From: Thermovirgaceae bacterium
GTDB lineage: Bacteria; Synergistota; Synergistia; Synergistales; Thermovirgaceae
Assembly (NCBI GenBank): GCA_046542505.1
Contig: JBKHBH010000002.1
Span: 1 to 62,696, forward strand
Length of the DNA stretch: 62,696 nt
Direction of reading: 5' to 3'
This document shows, piece by piece, positions 57,890 through 62,696 of this stretch (position 1 is its first letter; the number at the start of each line of letters is the position of its first letter). The notes below the pieces were generated by a model. That model saw nothing but the letters and a program-made list of their open reading frames with translations, was not told where the DNA came from and searched no databases. The position numbers and the translations under genes were made by a program.

Positions 57890-59134
57890 TCAGAAGCTTG
57901 TTTCGTCTCTTGCCATTGGCATGCTCATGCATCGGGGACCGCCGCGGCCCCTTCCAAGCTCTGCGCCACGGATTTCGTAAACCTTGATGCCATTCTCGCG
58001 GAGCACGCGATTCGAGGAAACGTTCCTGCGGTATGTCACGACGACGCCGGGCGCGATCGCCAGGGTGTTCGTTCCGTCGTTCCACTGGTCCCTGGCCGCT
58101 GCGATGGGGTCCCCTCCTCCAGTCTCGATGAAACGTACCGTTTCCAGCCCAAGGGTTTTCTTGATGCAGGTCTCGAGATCCCTGTGTTCCCGAATTGAGG
58201 CAAGTGTCCCGTCATCCCTGTATTGCAATTCCCAAATTCCAATGGAGTGCCGTGCTTCCGGATACACTGTAAAGGCATCATGATCAACCATGGTAAATAT
58301 GGTGTCAAGGTGCATGGCAGACCGTGTTTTTGGGATATCCACTGCAAGAATCGTCCTCACCGACGTGTTCTGCGAAAGCCTGTTTCCCACGATCTGAACT
58401 GCCCCGGCAGCCGTTCTCTGGCTGATGCCTATGGCTACCACGTCTTTGGAGAGAACCAGGACATCCCCTCCTTCAATATGGTAGGGGTAGGCATCCCTGC
58501 TCTGGTTCCCGAAAAACACTTTCAGGTTTTTGAAATAGGGGTGGTGTTCAAAGATATATCTGCCGTAAAGGGGTTCTTTTTTTCTGGCGTCAAAATTCAT
58601 GGCACTGATGATGACCCCGTCCTGAACAAAGCTGAAGGGATCACGCTGGAAATACAGGTTCGGAAGGGGCCGGATCAGAAAATCATGAAGATCCATGGAG
58701 TTCAGCACAAGACTGGTACAGGGTTTCAGCAGTTCGAGCGCCTCTCCCTTGGTAAGCCCGGCAATCAGGTCCTCTGCAAGTTCGTCTGCGGGTATTTCCA
58801 TGAGTTTTTTTTCGAGGGTCGTCGCCAGCGGAATGTCAAGGGCCTCCAGGGCAAGCACATCATCAAGCAGGTCTCTTCTGATTTCCTCGTTCTTCAGGAT
58901 AAACGAAAGACAATCCTTGAAATAGACGACCTCGGTCCCATTGTCGCGAAGCAGGTCGGCAAAGGCATCATGTTCCTTCTGGGCCTCCTCGACCCAGATA
59001 ATGTCATCAAAAAGCAGCTCGTCCTTGTTGTCGAGGGTTAGCCGCGCAAGCTCCTTCCCCGGCCTGTGCAGCATGACCCTCTTCAATCGCCCGATTTCCG
59101 ATGTTATGCAAAAGGCATTCTGCTTCTCTTCCAT
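57890..59134 (-). CDS. arcA: Arginine deiminase
   Basis: SEIG.L..V..HRPG.E, LLFDD, PNLYFQRD, IEGGD, MHLDT, GRGRGGPRCMS. Confidence 0.97.
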   Translation of the reverse strand: MEEKQNAFCITSEIGRLKRVMLHRPGKELARLTLDNKDELLFDDIIWVEEAQKEHDAFADLLRDNGTEVVYFKDCLSFILKNEEIRRDLLDDVLALEALDIPLATTLEKKLMEIPADELAEDLIAGLTKGEALELLKPCTSLVLNSMDLHDFLIRPLPNLYFQRDPFSFVQDGVIISAMNFDARKKEPLYGRYIFEHHPYFKNLKVFFGNQSRDAYPYHIEGGDVLVLSKDVVAIGISQRTAAGAVQIVGNRLSQNTSVRTILAVDIPKTRSAMHLDTIFTMVDHDAFTVYPEARHSIGIWELQYRDDGTLASIREHRDLETCIKKTLGLETVRFIETGGGDPIAAARDQWNDGTNTLAIAPGVVVTYRRNVSSNRVLRENGIKVYEIRGAELGRGRGGPRCMSMPMARDETSF

Positions 59135-59153
59135 TCGGGCTCCCCTCCAGTAA

Positions 59154-59193
59154 AAATAAACTTTTGACCTTAGTAAGTTTATTTACAAGTATA
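59154..59193 (-). promoter_or_regulatory. arcA promoter -10 (TATACT) followed by a 10-bp inverted repeat
   Basis: AAATAAACTT-N11-AAGTTTATTT lies between the -10 box and the GGAGG RBS. Confidence 0.55.
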
Positions 59194-59221
59194 CCCGGAC
59201 GTTATCTTTTGTGCATGAAAT

Positions 59222-59255
59222 AAAGAAAAAAGAAGCGGGTCTCAAACCCCGCTTC
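59222..59255 (-). terminator. Intrinsic terminator of the polyamine operon, overlapping the speD stop
   Basis: GAAGCGGG...CCCGCTTC followed by TTTTTTCTTT. Confidence 0.85.
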
Positions 59256-59679
59256 CTGATCCTGCGGCGCAAACATTTGAAAAAACACCTTCCTTTTCCG
59301 GACTTGCGGAATTTTTGAAATTGTTGACCTCACCACGTCTCAGCTCCATCGTCGACACATGGCCTGCTTCCAGAAACCCGGCGAGAACTTCAAAAGCTTT
59401 CCATGGCTCGGCTCTGTCGCCGCAGGTAAAAAGGTCTATCGCCGCATATCCATGCTCCGGCCAGGTATGAATCGTCAGGTGGGATTCGGAAATAATCACA
59501 ACACCACTAACACCCTGTGGAGCGAACCTCCTGAAAGAAACATCGAGCACCGTTGCGCCCGCAGCTTCAGCGGCATCAACCATTGCACTGCGGATACCCG
59601 CAATATCGTTCAACGCTTCGCTTTGGCAACCCCAGGCTTCGACAAGAATGTGGCGTCCCAGGCTTTTTGCATTCTCCAT
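59242..59679 (-). CDS. speD: S-adenosylmethionine decarboxylase proenzyme
   Basis: LGRH, F.PQGVSGV..ISESH..IHTWPE.GYAA.D.FTCG. Confidence 0.95.
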   Translation of the reverse strand: MENAKSLGRHILVEAWGCQSEALNDIAGIRSAMVDAAEAAGATVLDVSFRRFAPQGVSGVVIISESHLTIHTWPEHGYAAIDLFTCGDRAEPWKAFEVLAGFLEAGHVSTMELRRGEVNNFKNSASPEKEGVFSNVCAAGSGSGV

Positions 59680-59686
59680 CGTTTCT

Positions 59687-60532
59687 TCACCTGCCCCAGA
59701 AAAGCAGGCTTTCCCTGCAGATTTTTGCGGCCAGGGCCGCTGTTATGCCATTTACGTCCAGTACCGGTGATACTTCAACGATATCGGCGCCAATGATACC
59801 AAGTTCTCCAAGAAGTTCAACAGCATGAAATATCTCGCTGGGCCGGATTCCTCCGGGTTCTGGTGTCCCCGTACCCGGGGCGAACCCGGGATCTACCACG
59901 TCAATATCAATGGTGACATAGACAGGATGCCCCTCCAGCGACGGAAGGACACCCTCAAGAGCTTCGACAACCCGCCCCTTTAGAAAATTCGTCTTTTCGC
60001 TTCCCCAGGTGTATTCTTCCTTCGTGGCCGATCGTATGCCGAATTGATAAAGGTTCTTCGGGGACTGGAGACTTCCCTCGGCTATGCGTCTCATGACCGT
60101 GGCGTGAGTAAACCTGGCACCATGATAGGTATTCCTCAGGTCGGCATGGGCATCGAAGTGAAGAACCCGAAGATCCGGATGAGCTTTCGCCGCCGCCTCG
60201 ACGACAGGCAGTGTCGTCAGGTGTTCCCCGCCGAAGGTAAAAAGCCTTTTCCCCAGGTTGAAAAAACGCTGCGCCACGAGACGGATGACATCCAGAGACT
60301 CCATGAGCTCCCTCCCGTCAAGCAGGATATCGCCGATATCCCTGAAAGGAACTTCTTCGAGGTCACGCTCCGCCGCCATGCTGTAGGTTTCGAGATGTTC
60401 CGACTCGTCCCTGATCGCTTCGGGCCCCCTGCGGCTTCCCGGAAGACGCGAGACCGTGAGATCCAGCGGCACTCCCAGAATGACCCAGTCGGCACAGGAA
60501 ACCTTGCCTTTCGATCCAAGGAATCGTTTCAA
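59687..60532 (-). CDS. speB: Agmatinase / N1-aminopropylagmatine ureohydrolase
   Basis: [34 protein letters not shown]. Confidence 0.93.
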   Translation of the reverse strand: MKRFLGSKGKVSCADWVILGVPLDLTVSRLPGSRRGPEAIRDESEHLETYSMAAERDLEEVPFRDIGDILLDGRELMESLDVIRLVAQRFFNLGKRLFTFGGEHLTTLPVVEAAAKAHPDLRVLHFDAHADLRNTYHGARFTHATVMRRIAEGSLQSPKNLYQFGIRSATKEEYTWGSEKTNFLKGRVVEALEGVLPSLEGHPVYVTIDIDVVDPGFAPGTGTPEPGGIRPSEIFHAVELLGELGIIGADIVEVSPVLDVNGITAALAAKICRESLLFWGR

Positions 60533-61383
60533 CAGCGCTCTCCTTCCCCTTCAAGAAGGTCTACGATAAAAGGCGGAAGTGTGAAAGCCGCCTTGTGGAT
60601 TGCACTGGTATAGTATTTTGTTTCCCCGGGCACCTCCCGAAGGACTGTCTCTGGGTCCCGGGTCTTTGAGCCGATCGTGTAGGTCCACATGCCCGTCGGA
60701 TAGGTCGGCATGACACCCCAGAAGACCTTGACCACCGGGAAGACTTTTTTCATTTCTGCGACGGCGTCAAACAGCAGGCGGGGTTCCGCAAAGGGGGATT
60801 CCGTCTGGGCCACCATCATGCCGTCCTCCCGGAGGGCATGATAAACGTCCCTGTAGAAAGGCTCCCTGAACAGGCCTTCGGCAAAATCCACAGGATCAGT
60901 ACTGTCCACTACGATAACGTCAAAACAGGACTCGCGTCCCTTGATAAACTCTAGAGCATCCATGGATCTCACCTCGACGCGCGGATCGTCAAGACCGCAA
61001 CTCACGCCTGGGAAAAATTCCCTGGAGGCCTTTATTACCTCTTCATCGATATCAACAAGCACTGCTTTCCGGACGGTGTCATGGCGGAGGATCTCCCTGA
61101 TGCTTCCCCCATCCCCTCCTCCGATGACAAGAACGTCCGTCGGTCCAGGATGTGAACACATCGCCACGTGGACCATCATTTCGTGATAGGTGAATTCGTC
61201 CGTCTCGGTAAGCTGGATCGCCCCGTCGAGAACGAGAGTCCGCCCGTACTGTTCCGTGTCGACAACGAGAAGATGCTGATAGGGCGTCTTGAGGTCTCTG
61301 AGTACGCTCTTCATCCTGAGTCCAAGCCTCATGTCGGGAGTCTGGTATTCAGTCAGCCACATATCGGCTTTTCTTTTTTCCAT
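60529..61383 (-). CDS. speE: Polyamine aminopropyltransferase (spermidine synthase)
   Basis: LDG..Q....DEF.YHE, GGGDGG, DSTDP, PTYPTG.W. Confidence 0.95.
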   Translation of the reverse strand: MEKRKADMWLTEYQTPDMRLGLRMKSVLRDLKTPYQHLLVVDTEQYGRTLVLDGAIQLTETDEFTYHEMMVHVAMCSHPGPTDVLVIGGGDGGSIREILRHDTVRKAVLVDIDEEVIKASREFFPGVSCGLDDPRVEVRSMDALEFIKGRESCFDVIVVDSTDPVDFAEGLFREPFYRDVYHALREDGMMVAQTESPFAEPRLLFDAVAEMKKVFPVVKVFWGVMPTYPTGMWTYTIGSKTRDPETVLREVPGETKYYTSAIHKAAFTLPPFIVDLLEGEGERC

Positions 61384-61417
61384 TTTCACCAACCATTCCT
61401 ATCGGTTTTTTCGTTTA

Positions 61418-61888
61418 TCAGCGACGGTAGAACAGGGGACATGCGGCGATGACGGACCCGCATCTTTCCACGATATGGTCAACAGCCTTGACCCTGACTT
61501 CCCTGAGCTTAACATGTCTCATTTCAAAGGCATCCCGGACCATTTCCTCTACTTTCATGGCTGCCTCATCGGCTTCACAAAACCCCGAGAATTCCATAAT
61601 CATGCCCGAGTCCTCATCGTTTTCCGGCACACCGACACCGATGGCCGCTGAAATGGCTTCCCCAGGTACGTCGCTGGTAATGGACCCGTAGGCTACAGGC
61701 AAAAGAGAACCCAGAGGAAGATCTATCCCCTCTTCGAAAACACACCCGGGAGGCAGGACGCTGCTGACGCGAAGCAGATTCATATTTCCTATGCCTGCGT
61801 CAAGCAAAGCTGCGTCGAAGGCGTTCAGCTTCTTTTCGCCTTCTCCCTTTCCCACGGTAAGCGCATATTTTTCAGGCACCGGCAACAT
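61418..61888 (-). CDS. pdaD: Pyruvoyl-dependent arginine decarboxylase
   Basis: LNAFD.AL..AGIG..NL.RVSS.LPP Ser-Ser self-cleavage motif. Confidence 0.93.
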   Translation of the reverse strand: MLPVPEKYALTVGKGEGEKKLNAFDAALLDAGIGNMNLLRVSSVLPPGCVFEEGIDLPLGSLLPVAYGSITSDVPGEAISAAIGVGVPENDEDSGMIMEFSGFCEADEAAMKVEEMVRDAFEMRHVKLREVRVKAVDHIVERCGSVIAACPLFYRR

Positions 61889-61943
61889 ATCACAATCCCC
61901 CTACCTCGTTGAATGTCCTCAAGCCGAGGAAAAAGCGGATATC

Positions 61944-61971
61944 ATTATATCGACACTTTTATACCTGTCAA
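61944..61971 (-). promoter_or_regulatory. Consensus sigma70 promoter of pdaD-speE-speB-speD
   Basis: TTGACA-16 nt-TATAAT; the -35 overlaps the ispG stop codon. Confidence 0.8.
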
Positions 61972-62696
61972 TCAGCCTTCGGGGCATCGTTTCCGCCAGT
62001 CCCGGATTCTCCTGTAAAGGAAGTATCTTCCTTCGCCAGACAGGATTCGACGAAAGATTGCACCTTTTCTTCAGCCCCTTTTGCGTCCCACCGTCTTACT
62101 ATCCGACCGTATCTGAAAACGGCCACCCCCGATGCTGTCCCGGCGATTCCGAAATCGGCGTGCGCGGCCTCGCGCGGTCCATTGACCTCGCACCCCATTA
62201 CGGCCACGGTCCAGTGTTTCGGGAATCTGTCCATATAGGGCTCGACGAGTTTTACAAGTTTTTCGACGTCCACTCGTTTCCGTCCGCATGTCGGGCAGGA
62301 AACGACATCGGCTCGAAAGCGCCGCAAGCCCGTATGCTGCAAAACGGCTTGTCCGACAAGCACTTCCTCCGCCGAAGGTCCCGTAAGGCTTATCCTGAGG
62401 GTATCGCCAACTCCTTGTGAAAGGATCCTGGAAAGTCCGCAAGAACTTTTGACAATGCCCCATCTTCCCGGGCCGGCTTCGGTGATACCGACATGCAGCG
62501 GGTAGGAAAAACGCGCCGCAAGCATGAGGTTGGACCTGACCGTGTCTTTCAAAGATGTGGATTTCGCCGAAAGGATAATGTCCGTAAACCCTTCCTGCTC
62601 CATCACCTCCACCTGGTCAGCGACGGCTTCGGCAAGGGCCGCTCCTCCATCGCCTTCAGAGCGCTTCAGGTGCCGCTTTGGAAGGGAGCCCGAATT
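61968..62696 (-). CDS. ispG: 4-hydroxy-3-methylbut-2-en-1-yl diphosphate synthase (5' truncated by window edge)
   Basis: YPLHVGITEAG, GDTLRISLT, SCPTCGR, AVMGCEVNGP.EA. Confidence 0.96.
   Translation of the reverse strand, partial: NSGSLPKRHLKRSEGDGGAALAEAVADQVEVMEQEGFTDIILSAKSTSLKDTVRSNLMLAARFSYPLHVGITEAGPGRWGIVKSSCGLSRILSQGVGDTLRISLTGPSAEEVLVGQAVLQHTGLRRFRADVVSCPTCGRKRVDVEKLVKLVEPYMDRFPKHWTVAVMGCEVNGPREAAHADFGIAGTASGVAVFRYGRIVRRWDAKGAEEKVQSFVESCLAKEDTSFTGESGTGGNDAPKAD

Noticed and set aside
58223..59041. 272-aa + strand ORF
   Set aside because: Antisense shadow of arcA; the similar ORFs opposite obgE, dxs, ruvB and spoIID are rejected for the same reason.
59205..59226. Possible ARG box (TGTGCATGAAATAAAG) upstream of arcA
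   Set aside because: Only one half-site matches, and the rest is the terminator A/T tract.

Overview
This window is core chromosome from an anaerobic bacterium, most likely Synergistota. That call is inferred from the Firmicutes-like gene order, the Prp-cleaved long L27, the dual MoeA and the amino-acid fermentation genes. I found no tRNA, rRNA, CRISPR array or mobile element. Bases 1-24.5 kb are one tightly coupled + strand run: murD-ftsW-murG-murC-murB-ftsQ-ftsA-ftsZ, a radical SAM, an SPOR protein, moeA/moeA-PBP/moaA/moaC/mog, rapZ-glmR(yvcK)-whiA, a GDE-like gene, then gap-pgk-tpiA. From 24.6 kb on almost everything is on the - strand: rplU-prp-rpmA-obgE-nadD-LCP-rsfS; xseB-ispA-dxs-tlyA-nadK-recN; mltG-tldD-ftsK-thiN; amrA(B)-amrS-hutH; garR; nadE-yebC-ruvCAB-DUF2905-spoIID-queA; arcA-arcB; pdaD-speE-speB-speD; ispG. 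Best leads: (1) a small Zn-ribbon gene beside nikR whose Cys-rich tail reads C-x4-TGA-x2-TGA into a SECIS-like hairpin, with a CsoR-type operator over its promoter (candidate metal-regulated selenoprotein); (2) a glycogen-debranching-family protein with both expected catalytic carboxylates replaced by amides (candidate pseudoenzyme); (3) a dif-like 28-mer exactly at the gene-orientation switch; (4) a GAPDH with NADP-type signatures. All family assignments come from motif recognition by eye, not from database searches.
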